Source: an uncultured Spirochaetota bacterium (GTDB lineage Bacteria > Spirochaetota > Spirochaetia > SZUA-6 > Fen-1364). From it: a stretch of DNA of 64,000 nt. This document shows, piece by piece, positions 30,018 to 41,436 of this stretch. A program made the translations under genes and the position numbers. The notes below the pieces were generated by a model. That model saw nothing but the letters and a program-made list of their open reading frames with translations. It had not been told where the DNA came from and made no database searches. Location of the stretch: NCBI GenBank assembly GCA_963781885.1, contig CAWAHW010000001.1, positions 480,001 to 544,000 of the forward strand, in the 5' to 3' direction. Positions within the stretch are counted from its first letter, which is position 1; every line of letters starts with the position of its first letter.

Positions 30018-31436
30018 ATGGAGAATGCGAGCCCGGACTTCCTTCACCGCCTCGAGGACGCGCTTGCCCGGCGCGGGGTCTGGCTGGAGGCACATCGCAT
30101 CCCGCTCCTGAAAGACCTCGCGGGCACCTATCGGACGCTTTTTGAGAGCGTGGTCGGGACGCTCGTGAAGAAGGGGCTCCTCCGCGAGGATCCCTACGAC
30201 TACGACGCCAAGGTGAGCGCGATCCTCGTGCCGCCGGACACCGTTCTGCCCGAAGCGGAAGAGGACACGGAGCTGAGCCGGCGCATCTCCCTCTATCGCC
30301 GTCAGCTGGAGCTCCTCCTGGCCGAAACTCCCTTCACGCTCGCCTCCCTGGACCTGTCGCTTCTCAAAAAGATCTCCACTCTTTTTTCCTACGTGGACTG
30401 GGAGGGATTCGGCGAGACGTCGCACAGCCCCACGACGCGCGCGGTGGCGCACCGGGTGTCGAACGTGGGGCTCTCCCGGGACGCACTGTCGTCCCGGGTT
30501 CTCCACGAATCGCGGGTGCAGCTGGAGAAGCTGAGCCGCGACATCCGCGAACGTCTCGCGGAGGTGGAGGCATGGCAGCGCGAATCGTGGAAAGCAGCGC
30601 TGCGCGCGAAAGCGCTCCCGCGCATGCCGGCGCCGGAGGCGCGGACCGCCGAAGAACGGGCGGCGCTCGCGCGGGAGATGAAGAAGGCGTTCGACGCGGC
30701 CTCACCCGGCGGCGCGTGGCACCCGCATCTCGTGCAAGAGATACTCGGCGAGGATCACCCCCCGGGCGCAGAAGAGCGCCGGGAAAAGCTGCTCGCCTCC
30801 CTTGCCCTGCCCCAGCCCGGGGCGGCAAAACCGGACGACGGGCCCCGGCGCCGCGCCGAGCTCCTGGAGTCCATTCGCGGCCTCTGCCGCGCGGGGGAGG
30901 AGATCGGTCTCTGCCGTGAGGTCCTGGAGGAGAACGAGCGGGTCATGGACGCGCGGAAGCTCGGCGTCCTCCAGCGATTCCGACGATGGCTGCGCCGGCG
31001 CCTGGGAAGGCGCGAGGACCGCTTCTACCAGATCGAGTATCGCACGTCCGCGGGCGCGGAGCTCCTGACGGAGACAGTCGATTTTCTGCGGCTTTTGTCC
31101 GAGATGCAGGAATTGCAGGGCGTGCTCGCCGACGTCGCGCAACCGGGAAGCCCCGGGCATCGACGCGTCGAGGCGATGGACGAGGAGAGGCTCTGCGATT
31201 TCCTCGACTGGCAGGTCCGCCAGCTCCGTCAGCTCCATCGCCGCATGGAGGGGCTGAACGCGCTCTTCCAGATGAAGGCGGTGGAGGCCCGGGGCGCGTC
31301 GCCGCGGAGCATCAAGCTGGAGCTCCTGGCGATAGAGAACGGCCTCATCCGCGCCGACGCCGCGCGGCGGGAAAGCGCCGCCTGCCGGGAGACCCACGCC
31401 CGCCCGCCGGCTCCGCCGCTGCCCGCGCCCCCTTGA
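30018..31436 (+). CDS. Hypothetical alpha-helical protein
   Basis: 472-aa ORF with its own promoter and host codon usage; no motif recognised. Confidence 0.75.
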   Translation: MENASPDFLHRLEDALARRGVWLEAHRIPLLKDLAGTYRTLFESVVGTLVKKGLLREDPYDYDAKVSAILVPPDTVLPEAEEDTELSRRISLYRRQLELLLAETPFTLASLDLSLLKKISTLFSYVDWEGFGETSHSPTTRAVAHRVSNVGLSRDALSSRVLHESRVQLEKLSRDIRERLAEVEAWQRESWKAALRAKALPRMPAPEARTAEERAALAREMKKAFDAASPGGAWHPHLVQEILGEDHPPGAEERREKLLASLALPQPGAAKPDDGPRRRAELLESIRGLCRAGEEIGLCREVLEENERVMDARKLGVLQRFRRWLRRRLGRREDRFYQIEYRTSAGAELLTETVDFLRLLSEMQELQGVLADVAQPGSPGHRRVEAMDEERLCDFLDWQVRQLRQLHRRMEGLNALFQMKAVEARGASPRSIKLELLAIENGLIRADAARRESAACRETHARPPAPPLPAPP

Positions 31437-31473
31437 CGCAAAGGTGATTACATGGTATTTATCATGTAATCAC
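31433..31473 (+). promoter_or_regulatory. Promoter with perfect 11-bp inverted-repeat operator
   Basis: TTGACG at 31433; GTGATTACATG-N8-CATGTAATCAC at 31444-31473. Confidence 0.75.
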
Positions 31474-31496
31474 TCAAGAGAGAGGGGGTGGCAGCC

Positions 31497-31910
31497 ATGC
31501 GCGTGCCCATCGTCGACATCGGCAATTCGAAAGGCATCCGCATTCCCCAGGCCATCCTGAAACAGGTGCAGTTCGCGGATGAGGTGGAGATGGACGTCTC
31601 CGAGGGGAGGATCACCCTGCGCAGGTCCATCGACCCTTCCTTCGTGCCGGAGTTCCGCTCCATCGCCTCCCTGGACGATCCCACCATCCAGCGCATCCTT
31701 CGCAAGATCGGCGGATCGGACCTGATCACCGCCCTGGTCGGCGCGGACAAGAAGGTGAAGGACGCCATCTACCGCAATCTCTCCGAACGGGCGAAATCCT
31801 ACGTCGCCCCCGCGGTGGCGCGGCTGGAAAAGGGCGACGTGCGCGATCTCATCATCGAAAGGAGCCGCAACCTCCTCTGCGAGGCGCTCCTTGACGTCAT
31901 ACGGGAATAG
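31497..31910 (+). CDS. AbrB/MazE DNA-binding domain fused to FliG C-terminal-like domain
   Basis: IGNSKGIRIPQAILKQ (AbrB/MazE); FRSIASLDDPTIQRILRKI...LITALVGAD...IYRNLSERA (FliG_C-like). Confidence 0.8.
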   Translation: MRVPIVDIGNSKGIRIPQAILKQVQFADEVEMDVSEGRITLRRSIDPSFVPEFRSIASLDDPTIQRILRKIGGSDLITALVGADKKVKDAIYRNLSERAKSYVAPAVARLEKGDVRDLIIERSRNLLCEALLDVIRE

Positions 31911-31920
31911 GGGGTGAGAG

Positions 31921-32739
31921 GTGGCGATCAAAGGTGAATGGATCCGTTACGGCCGGGGCTCGGGGTACTTCGCGAGGCCCGAGAAGGCGGTGACGCCGCT
32001 GCCGGGGGTGCTCGTCATCCAGGAGATCGGCGGCGTGGGCCGGAACATCGAGGAGCTGACGCGCCGCTTTGCCGCGGCCGGCTACGCTGCCCTGGCGCCC
32101 GACCTTTTCGCGGTGGACGGCGTCCGCCTGCCCGCACTCGCGGATGAACGGATCCGCGCGGCTTTCGCGTTCGGCGCCACGCAGCCGCCGGGGGCCATGT
32201 TCGATCCCGCGCTTCGGGAGGCGGCGCTGGCGAAGCTTCCCGAGACGGAGCGGCGAGCCATCGCCGAGACATACGGCCAGATGTTCTCCTATGCCCGCGG
32301 GGGGAGCGCGGAGACCCTGATGGAGCCGCTTTCGCTGGGATTCCGTCACCTGCATGACGAGCGGGCGGAGACCCGGGGCCAGAAGATCGGCTGCGTGGGC
32401 TTCTGCATGGGTGGCGGGTTGTCGGCGCTCCTGGCCTGCGAGGAGCCTGCCCTTTCCGGCGCCGCGGTCTTCTACGGCACGACACCGCCTGCCCCGAAGA
32501 TCGCCCATATCACCTGCCCCATCATCGCCTTCTACGGCGCGAAGGATCAGCGCGTGAATGCGGGCATCCCCGGCTTCCTGGAGGGCATGCGTGCCGCGGG
32601 CAAGTCATTTGAGCACCACGTCTATGAGGGGGCAGGGCACGCCTTCTTCAACGACGACGGGCCGGGCTACGAGGTGAATGCGGCCCGGGACTCATTCGCG
32701 CGTCTGCTCACGTTCTTTTCCCAGACGCTCGCCACATAG
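31921..32739 (+). CDS. Dienelactone hydrolase family protein
   Basis: GFCMGG, YEGAGHAFFND. Confidence 0.92.
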   Translation: MAIKGEWIRYGRGSGYFARPEKAVTPLPGVLVIQEIGGVGRNIEELTRRFAAAGYAALAPDLFAVDGVRLPALADERIRAAFAFGATQPPGAMFDPALREAALAKLPETERRAIAETYGQMFSYARGGSAETLMEPLSLGFRHLHDERAETRGQKIGCVGFCMGGGLSALLACEEPALSGAAVFYGTTPPAPKIAHITCPIIAFYGAKDQRVNAGIPGFLEGMRAAGKSFEHHVYEGAGHAFFNDDGPGYEVNAARDSFARLLTFFSQTLAT

Positions 32740-32747
32740 GAGGGGAC

Positions 32748-33902
32748 GTGTCTCGGGAATGCCTCGTGATGGCAAAACCCGCGGGGCCGCGCTGCAACAT
32801 GCGCTGCGCGTACTGCTACTACGTGGAGAAGGAGTCTGTCCTGCCGAAAGGTCCGGGCCGACTTCCCACGGATCTCCTGGAGCGCTACATCGAGCAGCGG
32901 CTCCGCGCGTCGCCCGGCCCCGTCGTTCATTTCGAATGGCACGGCGGGGAGCCGACGCTCCTGGGCCTGGACTACTTCCGCACGATCGTGCGCCTCCAGC
33001 GCACACACCTTCCGCCCGGGCGCACGGTCACCAACGGTCTGCAGACCAACGGGTACGCGGTGGACGGCGCATGGGCGGGCTTCCTGGCAGGGGAGGGTTT
33101 TTCCGTCGGCCTGAGCCTCGACGGCCCGGCGGATGTCCACGACGCGTATCGCAGAACGGCCGATGGACGGGGCACGCACGCGCGGGTCGAGCGCGCCCAT
33201 GCGCACCTGAAGGCGCGGGGCGTCTTTGTCAACCTTCTCTGCGTGATCCAGGCGCGGAATGCCTGCCAACCGGACGCGGTTTACGACTACTTCCACGGCC
33301 TGGGGGCAACGCACCTGCAATTCCTCCCCCTGGTTGGTGGCAGCCCCGGAGGTGCCTGCGCGGCGGCCCCGGAAACGGTCGGGCAATTCCTCTGCCGGGT
33401 TTTTGACCGGTGGGTGGCAGCGGACGTCGGCCGGGTGGTGATCCAGAACATCGACGAGGCGCTCCGCCCCCTTTACGGCCTGCCCCACGCTCTCTGCGTG
33501 CACCGCGAGACTTGCGGCGAAGTGGCGGTGCTGGAACGCGACGGCGGCTTCTACGCCTGCGACCATTTTGTCGACCCGGACCACCTCATTGGGAGCCTGC
33601 GTGAGAAAGCGCTGGCCGAGCTTGTCGACGACCCGCGGATGACGGCATTCGGTGATGCGAAGCGCGACGCCTTGCCGCGTGCCTGCCGTGGGTGCGACGT
33701 GCTTTCATCCTGCAACGGCGGCTGCCCGAAGGATCGCGGGGCCGCTTCCCCCGGGGAGCCCGGCGGCGTGAGCCGGCTTTGCGCCGCTTACCGGATGTTT
33801 TTCCGACACAGCAAAGCCGAGCTTACACGGCTGGCCTCTCACATGCATGACGGGCGCCCGCTCCGGGAGTTCAACCCGATCTCGACGCCTGCGGTAGTGT
33901 AA
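32748..33902 (+). CDS. Anaerobic sulfatase maturase-like radical SAM/SPASM enzyme
   Basis: MAKPAGPRCNMRCAYCYY, WHGGEPTL, YACDHFV, CNGGCPK. Confidence 0.92.
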   Translation: MSRECLVMAKPAGPRCNMRCAYCYYVEKESVLPKGPGRLPTDLLERYIEQRLRASPGPVVHFEWHGGEPTLLGLDYFRTIVRLQRTHLPPGRTVTNGLQTNGYAVDGAWAGFLAGEGFSVGLSLDGPADVHDAYRRTADGRGTHARVERAHAHLKARGVFVNLLCVIQARNACQPDAVYDYFHGLGATHLQFLPLVGGSPGGACAAAPETVGQFLCRVFDRWVAADVGRVVIQNIDEALRPLYGLPHALCVHRETCGEVAVLERDGGFYACDHFVDPDHLIGSLREKALAELVDDPRMTAFGDAKRDALPRACRGCDVLSSCNGGCPKDRGAASPGEPGGVSRLCAAYRMFFRHSKAELTRLASHMHDGRPLREFNPISTPAVV

Positions 33903-33964
33903 TTTTTTTCCTTGGAAACTTTTTTCAAGTTTCTTACCTTTTCCCTGCAAGGGGGAAAACATCC

Positions 33965-34588
33965 ATGTCCTTTTCGTCACTTGCGAACGAGCAAACAATT
34001 GCGAAAACGGTTGAAGCTGTTTCGGCGCGCGGCGTTTCGGTGGAGGTGGTCGATACCCGCATAAACGCCCTTGCGCGGGTGAAGGCTCTGATTCCCGCCG
34101 GATCAACCGTGCAGACCGGCGCATCCCTCACGCTGCGGGAGATCGGCTTCGAGGATCTCCTTGTTTCCAAGGACCACCCCTGGCAGAACCTGAAAGATGC
34201 CATTCTTGCGGAAAAGGATCCTGCGCGGCAGACACTGCTTCGGCGACAGGCCACGTTGGCTGATTACTTTCTGGGCAGCGTGCACGCCATTTCCCAGACC
34301 GGGGAGATCGTTGTCGCGAGCATGACGGGAAGCCAGCTCGGTTCTTATGCCTACGCTGCCCGGAACGTCATCTGGGTCGCGGGCGCGCAGAAGATCACTG
34401 CCACGCTGGACGAGGCCATCCGGCGCGTGAGGGAATACGTGCTGCCGCACGAGGACGAGCGGATGAGAAAGTCGAGCGGAGGCAAGATGGGCAGCATGAT
34501 CGGGAAGCTTCTGATATTCGAGCGCGAAGCACCCTTTCTGGCCAGAAGGGTCACGCTCCTGCTCGTGAAGGAATCACTCGGGGACTAG
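33965..34588 (+). CDS. LUD domain (lactate utilization-like) protein
   Basis: GSVHAISQTGEIVVASMTGSQL, VAGAQKI. Confidence 0.85.
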   Translation: MSFSSLANEQTIAKTVEAVSARGVSVEVVDTRINALARVKALIPAGSTVQTGASLTLREIGFEDLLVSKDHPWQNLKDAILAEKDPARQTLLRRQATLADYFLGSVHAISQTGEIVVASMTGSQLGSYAYAARNVIWVAGAQKITATLDEAIRRVREYVLPHEDERMRKSSGGKMGSMIGKLLIFEREAPFLARRVTLLLVKESLGD

Positions 34589-34841
34589 GGAGCCGCCGGG
34601 CGTCCAGGGGCCGGCGAGATCCCAGTCCCGCTGGACGCCCACCAATGATGGAAAAGTCAGTTTCTGATTACTCGTCACATATCCGCGCTCGTTTCGTCTC
34701 TGCGGCCGAGGGCCGCCGCCCCCGCATGAAAGCTGTCACGGATTGCATATAGGCGCCAGGGGGACCCGGTTGTAGTTTTGCGAGGTTTTGCGATATGCTT
34801 TCATTGATCATATTAATGAACGAAGTGGAAAAGGGAGACCC

Positions 34842-37800
34842 ATGAAAGCTGGCGCCGGCAACCGCCGTTTCTATCGTTTTGCTCTTCTTTGCTCCTTCCT
34901 CTTTCCACTGGTGCTTCTGCTGTCCGCCTGCCCGCCCCCGGTGACGGACCTGCTCGCAACGGCCGTGACCGACAAGTTGCCGCCGACAATTACGGTCACC
35001 TCCCCCGGGGCGGGCCAGACCTACACCGCCAGCGTCACCTTCACGGGAACGGTGACGGACGACGCCATCACGGCGGGCGATGGAAAAGGCACCCTGAAAA
35101 CGATCGACTACACGGTGGCCAACGACGTGCTGCGCAAAGGCAAGATCAAAATCAACACCGACGGCACGGCGACGCAGGACACCACCTTTGGCTCCGGCAC
35201 CATCACCTGGACCGCGGCCACGCATACATTCACGTTCACCATTTCCACCATCAGCCCGACGCAGCTTCGCGGCGTCGTCACCGTCAACGTCGACGCAACG
35301 GACGTCAACGGCAATCCCTCCACTTCCACGGTGCAGTTAACGGAGGGATCGGGCCCGGTCATCACGCTAACCAGCCCTGACGCTGTCAATAATCCGAACA
35401 GTCTGAAGTACACTAATCTTTCTCTTTTCACCCTGAGCGGCAAAGTGGCAAATGCATCCGACGACCCGATGCACGACGACAATATTGCATCCCTTTCCTG
35501 GGGGGTAACGGGCAAGAACTGGGGAACCTCGATCACGGTGGTGAGCGGTACAAAGAGCTATGCCGTGACAAGCACGGGTTCCCTGAGCCCCGAGCCGACC
35601 TTCAATTTTAACACGGACACCCAGGTGTTCTCCACGACGTTCACCATCCCTGTAATCAGCGACAATACGCTCATCCTGACCGTGACGGCAACTGACAAGA
35701 ACGGACATACGACCACAAGCACGAACTATCTTGTCGCGGATGTATCAGGACCCGAATTGCATTTTTCAAGTGCAACGACAGGAGTTTTTTACAGTCCCAG
35801 CCATTATATTCCCCAGCTGGTCCAGGGAAGTGCCATAGTCGTTGACCCTGTGGCATTCAAGCAATTGACATATCAGCTCGCGGCTAACGACGGTTATTTG
35901 TCCGACATTATCGATGTCACGACTTCCGTCCAGCCGGACGGATCGTTCAGCTTCCCGTTGCTTGCCACGGGCACCAAGTCTGCCACGCTTGCCAACCACA
36001 ATGGTACGGCGTCGGTAACAATTACAGCCGTCGACAGCAACAACCACCCCACGGTCTTCTCTTATCCGATCGCGATGGACAATACGCCGCCGTCGATCAC
36101 CGGGGTGTCCATCACCACGAACAACAGCTTTGACAGCACGCACACGCACACGAAGGTCGGCGACACGATCACCTTGTCCTTCCAGGCCTCCGATGCCCTT
36201 TCGGGCATGAGCGCAGACCCCGTGGTGAGCATAGCGGGCAACTCCATCACGCGGGCAGGACCGGTGGGCAGCACCTACAGCGGGCCCGTGGGCTCGACCT
36301 ACACCGTCACGTACACCCTGCAGTCGACGGATTCTGGTGATGATGCCTTCATCCCCTATGGCATCACGGCGACAGACAATGTGGGAAACACCAACAACAC
36401 GTATGCCAGCCAGACCAGCGTCATCAAGTTCTACGAAAGCCTTCCCACGGTACCGACGGTGACCATCGCCTCCACGACCAATCCTCACCCGACATGGGCA
36501 AAGCAGGGCGACACGGTGCGGCTGAGCTTTACGACGCTTCGGGACTTGAACGCGGCAGCCACGGTCACCATGGCGGGGCCGAGCATAGGGACGCAAAACC
36601 CGGTGACTCCTGTCCTTCCTGCAAGCCTGACGGCGCACAGCTACACGGCCGACTACGTGATGGCCGCGGGGGACGCGGAAGGCACTGTGCCCTTCACGAT
36701 CAGCATCGTGGATGCGGCGGGCAACACCATCGCGGCGCCGATGACGACGATCACCTCGGGGTCCAACGTGACCTATGACCGGAGCAAGCCCATCGGCTAC
36801 TCGGCGCACATCGACCAGCAGTACGTCACCACTGCAAACCTGACCACGGTCACCTTCACCTTTGCCGGGGCCGAGGTGAAGACACCCGCCACCACGTACA
36901 ATTACACAATCACGAGCTCGGGAGGGGGAACGCCGGTGAGCGGCAGCGGCAGCATCACCTCCCCCACGCAGAATGTGGCCGTCCCCACGCTCTCAGGGCT
37001 GACTGATGGCACGCTGACCCTCTCGGTGTGGCTCACGGACTACGCTGGCAACGGCACCGTTGCAGATGAGGTCTCTTCTACCGTCACAGCCGGATCCCAG
37101 ACGGTGTACCTGGACCGCGCGGCTCCTTCGATCAGCGCGGTGAGCATCACCACGAGCAACACCTTTGATAGCACGCACAAGCATACGAAGGTTGGGGACG
37201 CGATCACGCTGACCTTCAACGCCTCAGACGCGGTCTCGGGTCTCAACGGAGACCCTGTGGTGAGCATAGCGGGCCACTCGATCACACGGGGAGGGCCCAT
37301 CGGCACCTATAGCGGGGGCCCGGCCTACACGGTCACGTACGCCCTGCAGTCTGCGGATTCCGCCTATGATGAGGCCTTCATTCCCTACAGTGTCACGGCG
37401 GCGGACAACGCGGGGAACGCCAACAACACGTATGCCAGCCAGACCAGCGTCATCAAGTTCTACGAGAGCCTTCCCACGGTACCGACGGTGACCATCGCCT
37501 CCACGACCAATCCTCACCTGACATGGGCAAAGCAAGGCGACACGGTGCGGCTGAGCTTTACGACGCTTCGGGACTTGAACGCGGCAGCCACGGTCACAAT
37601 GGCGGGGCCGCCGCAAAACTCGGTGACTCCCTCTCCTGCAAGCCTGACGGCGCACAGCTACACGGCCGACTACATGATGGCCGTGGGGGACGCGGAAGGC
37701 ACTGTGCCCTTCACGATCAGCATCGTGGATGCGGCGGGCAACACCATCGCGGCGCCGGTGACGACGATCACCTCGGGGTCCAACGTTATCTATGACCGGA

Positions 37801-40770
37801 GCAAGCCCATCGGCTACTCGGCGCACATCGACCAGCAGTACGTCACCACTGCAAACCAGGGCTCTGTCACCTTCACCTTTGCCGGCGCCGAGGTGGCGAC
37901 TCCTGCCACCACGTACAATTACACAATCTCGAGCTCGGGAGGGGGAACGCCGGTGAGCGGCAGCGGCAGCATCACCTCCGCCACGCAGAATGTGGCCGTC
38001 CCCACGCTCTCAGGATTTAATGATGGCACGCTGACCCTCTCGGTGTGGCTCACGGACTACGCGGGCAACGGCACCGTTGCAGATGAGGTCTCTTCTACCG
38101 TCACAGCCGGTTCCCAGACGGTGTACCTGGACCGAGGTGCTCCTTTGATCAGCGGGGTGAACATCACCACGGACAACACCTTTGATAGCACGCACAAGCA
38201 TACGAAGGTTGGGGACGCGATCACGCTGACCTTCAACGCATCGGATGCGACCTCGGGTCTCAACGGAGACCCGGTGGTGAGTATAGCGGGCCACTCGATC
38301 ACGCGGGGCGGGCCCATCGGTACCTATAGCGGGGGCCCGGCCTACACGGTCACGTACATGCTGCGGTCCGTGGATTCCGCCTATGATGAGGCCTTCATCC
38401 CCTACAGTGTCACGGCGGCGGACAACGCGGGGAACCCCAACACCACGTATGCCAGCCAGACCAGCGTCATCAAGTTCTACGAGAGCCTTCCCACGGTGAC
38501 GCCCGTGACCATTGCCTCCACGACCAATCCTCACCCGACATGGGCAAAGCAAGGCGACACGGTGCGGCTGAGCTTCACGACGCTTCGGGACTTGAACGCG
38601 GCAGCCACGGTCACCATGGCGGGGCCGAGCATAGGGACGCAAAACCCGGTGACTCCTGTCCTTCCTGCAAGCCTGACGGCGCACAGCTACACGGCCGACT
38701 ACGTGATGGCCGCGGGGGACGCGGAAGGCACTGTGCCCTTCACGATCAGCATCGTGGATGCGGCGGGCAACAGCCTGGCGGCGCCGGTGACATCCACCAC
38801 CGACTCATCAACCGTGACCTATGACCGGAGCAAGCCCACTGGCTACTCGGCGCACATCGACCAGCAGTACGTCACCACTGCAAACCAGGGCTCTGTCACC
38901 TTCACCTTTGCCGGCGCCGAGGTGGCGACTCCTGCCACCACGTACAATTACACAATCTCCAGCTCGGGAGGGGGAACGCCGGTGAGCGGCAGCGGCAGCA
39001 TCAGCTCCCCCACGCAGAATGTGGCCGTCCCCACGCTCTCAGGATTTAATGATGGCACGCTGACCCTCTCGGTGTGGCTGACGGACTACGCGGGCAACGG
39101 CACCGTTGCAGATGAGGTCTCTTCTACCGTCACAGCCGGATCCCAGACGGTGTACCTGGACCGCGCGGCTCCTTTGATCAGCGGGGTGAGCATCACCACG
39201 GACAACACCTTTGACAGCACGCACACGCACACGAAGGTGGGGGACACGATCACGCTGATCTTCAGCGCTTCAGATGGAGTCTCGGGTCTCAACGGAGACC
39301 CGGTGGTGAGCATTGCGGGCCACTCGATCACGCGGGGAGGGCCCATCGGCACCTATAGCGGGGGCCCGGCCTACACCGTGACCTACAAGCTGAAGTCGTC
39401 GGATTCTGCCTATGATGATGCCTTCATCCCCTACAGTGTCACGGCGGCGGACAACGCGGGGAACCCCAACACCACGTATGCCGGCCAGACCAGCGTCATC
39501 AAGTTCTACGAAAGCCTTCCCACGGTGACGCCCGTGACCATTGCTTCCACGACCAATCCTCACCCGGCATGGGCATTGAAGGGCGATAACGTACGGCTGA
39601 GCTTCACGACGCTTCGGGACTTGAACGCGGCAGCCTCGGTCACCATGGCAGGCCCGAGCATAGGGCCGCAAAACTCGGTGACTCCCTCTCCTGCAAGCCT
39701 GACGGCGCACAGCTACACCGCCGACTACGTGATGACCGCGGGGGACGCGGAAGGCACGGTGCCCTTCACGATCAGCATCGTGGATGCGGCGGGCAACGCC
39801 ATCGCGGCGCCGGTGACGGCGATCACCTCGGGGTCCAACGTGACCTATGACCGGACCAACCCCGTATTTGCTGCTTCGAACGCCATCGCTCTCAACTCAA
39901 CGAACGATACGGCAACCGTCACATTCTCCGACACGAATGGTGCCTACGGCTTCGGCGGAGGAAAGATTACAGATATTACAAGCTTGATAATCAAGGACAC
40001 GACCGCTTCATCAACGGCAACCGTCACGGCAATAAGTCAAACGAATGCCGGAGATCTGACGATCAGCGTCACAATCAGTTCCTGGTCCAGTGGCGCGCCG
40101 ACGACCGGCCACGCACTCACGGTAGATGTTGCCGACGCCACCAAGGTTTTTGACGCAGCAGGAAATGCCTTGCAGCCGGGTACTCCGGGTACCGGAACAA
40201 AAAAGATTGCGGTCGTGGGTGCAGCCGTGCAAACCAGCTCCGCGCGCTCGCCGGTTGCAGCGATCGGCAGCATTGCCGCCCCCACCTTCTCCGGGGCGGG
40301 CGCCCTTGCCCCGACCAGAGCGACCCAGCTGACCTCGGCGCAGACTGCCGTGCTGGCAACATCCGTTTCGCGCGCGCCTTCCCCGGCCGGACCAGTTTGT
40401 GGACTTGATTCACACGCCCATTCCCGCAGCGGCCACGGCACCTGGCGCAATCGCTTCGGCGACTGCTCCCGCAGCGGTCCCCGCGGCCAGCGTAGCTCCG
40501 CAGCCGGCGGCGCAGTCCATGACGGCAGTCCCGTCATCGGTCGCGGCGGCATCGACGTCAATCGCGATGGCGCCTACCGCGACGGAGCGCGCGGTGCAGG
40601 CAGAGGCGTCACCTGCGCAGTCGCTGGCAGCGCCCGGCGTCACGCATCAGGCCGCACCGCCGCTGCAGCCGGCGTGGTGGGCCCTTCTGCTAGGAGCCCT
40701 CGCGGTGGCGCTGGTCGTGGCGGGAGCATGGAGAGGACTGAAGATTATTCGGGACCGGGGTCGAAAATAG
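34842..40770 (+). CDS. Giant Ig-like repeat surface lipoprotein (~1975 aa) with C-terminal TM anchor; frameshift near 40390
   Basis: Lipobox LLLSAC; Thr/Ser-rich Ig repeats with D-x-AGN motifs; the shifted frame gives an Ala/Pro linker, WWALLLGALAVALVVAGAW and a basic tail. Confidence 0.85.
36078..39855 (+). repeat. Intragenic tandem repeat, ~3.7 units of 1017-1035 bp
   Basis: Units start near 36078, 37113, 38130 and 39159; near-identical DNA (e.g. CAGACCAGCGTCATCAAGTTCTACGA four times). Confidence 0.95.
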
Positions 40771-40794
40771 AAAAGGCAGCGATAGCAAGTCCGG

Positions 40795-41436
40795 CTAAAG
40801 CTCCCACCAGTCGTCCCAGAGATATCCTTGCTGGACGATGTAGCGGGTGTCCCACGCCTCGACCTTGCCGTTGGAAAAGATGACGGGGAACCAGCCCCAC
40901 TTCCAGTTGCTCCAGAGATCGATGCTCGTCTTGCCGTAGGTGTCCATGACCTTTACCACGCCCGTCGACCGGTCATGCGCGGTGATGCGCATGTGCTGAA
41001 TGTCGAGGCTTACCTGGGCATGCTTTTGAAAAACGTATGCTGAGTAATGTTCGATGGTTCCCCAGGGAAACTCGTATTGATTGATCTGCTTGCGCAGCAC
41101 GCAGTTCGCATCCTCATTCGGCCCATAGCTCGTCGTGGAGCGGGAAACAGGCGTCTCCTGGGAGACGGCGGAAAGCTGCACGAACTTTGAATAGCCCGAT
41201 CCGAACGCGCCCTGCAGCAGGGAGGTGAGGCCGGCAACAAGCGCGCTTTGGTCGCCGCCCGATGCGGTGCCGTCCGTCGATTGCGCGACAAGCGCCTCTG
41301 CCTGCGGACGGAGGCTGTCGAGGACCGCTTGTTCCTCCGCGGTCACCGCGACGCCGTTCCAATTCGCCTGCATCTGACATGCAGAAACCACCACGAGAGC
41401 AGCCAGCACGGCGATGAGCCGGAGCTTCATGTTCAT
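40795..41436 (-). CDS. Hypothetical lipoprotein with Trp-rich C-terminal domain
   Basis: Lipobox VVSAC; RBS GGAGG. Confidence 0.75.
   Translation of the reverse strand: MNMKLRLIAVLAALVVVSACQMQANWNGVAVTAEEQAVLDSLRPQAEALVAQSTDGTASGGDQSALVAGLTSLLQGAFGSGYSKFVQLSAVSQETPVSRSTTSYGPNEDANCVLRKQINQYEFPWGTIEHYSAYVFQKHAQVSLDIQHMRITAHDRSTGVVKVMDTYGKTSIDLWSNWKWGWFPVIFSNGKVEAWDTRYIVQQGYLWDDWWEL

Noticed and set aside
34598-34640. GC-rich hairpin after the LUD gene as a terminator or ncRNA
   Set aside because: A stem (GGGCGTCCAG/CTGGACGCCC) exists, but there is no U-tract and no second copy; function unsupported.
36078-39855. CRISPR array or DGR template/variable repeats
   Set aside because: The repeats are ~1-kb in-frame coding units without spacers; differences are not adenine-specific; no cas or RT gene.
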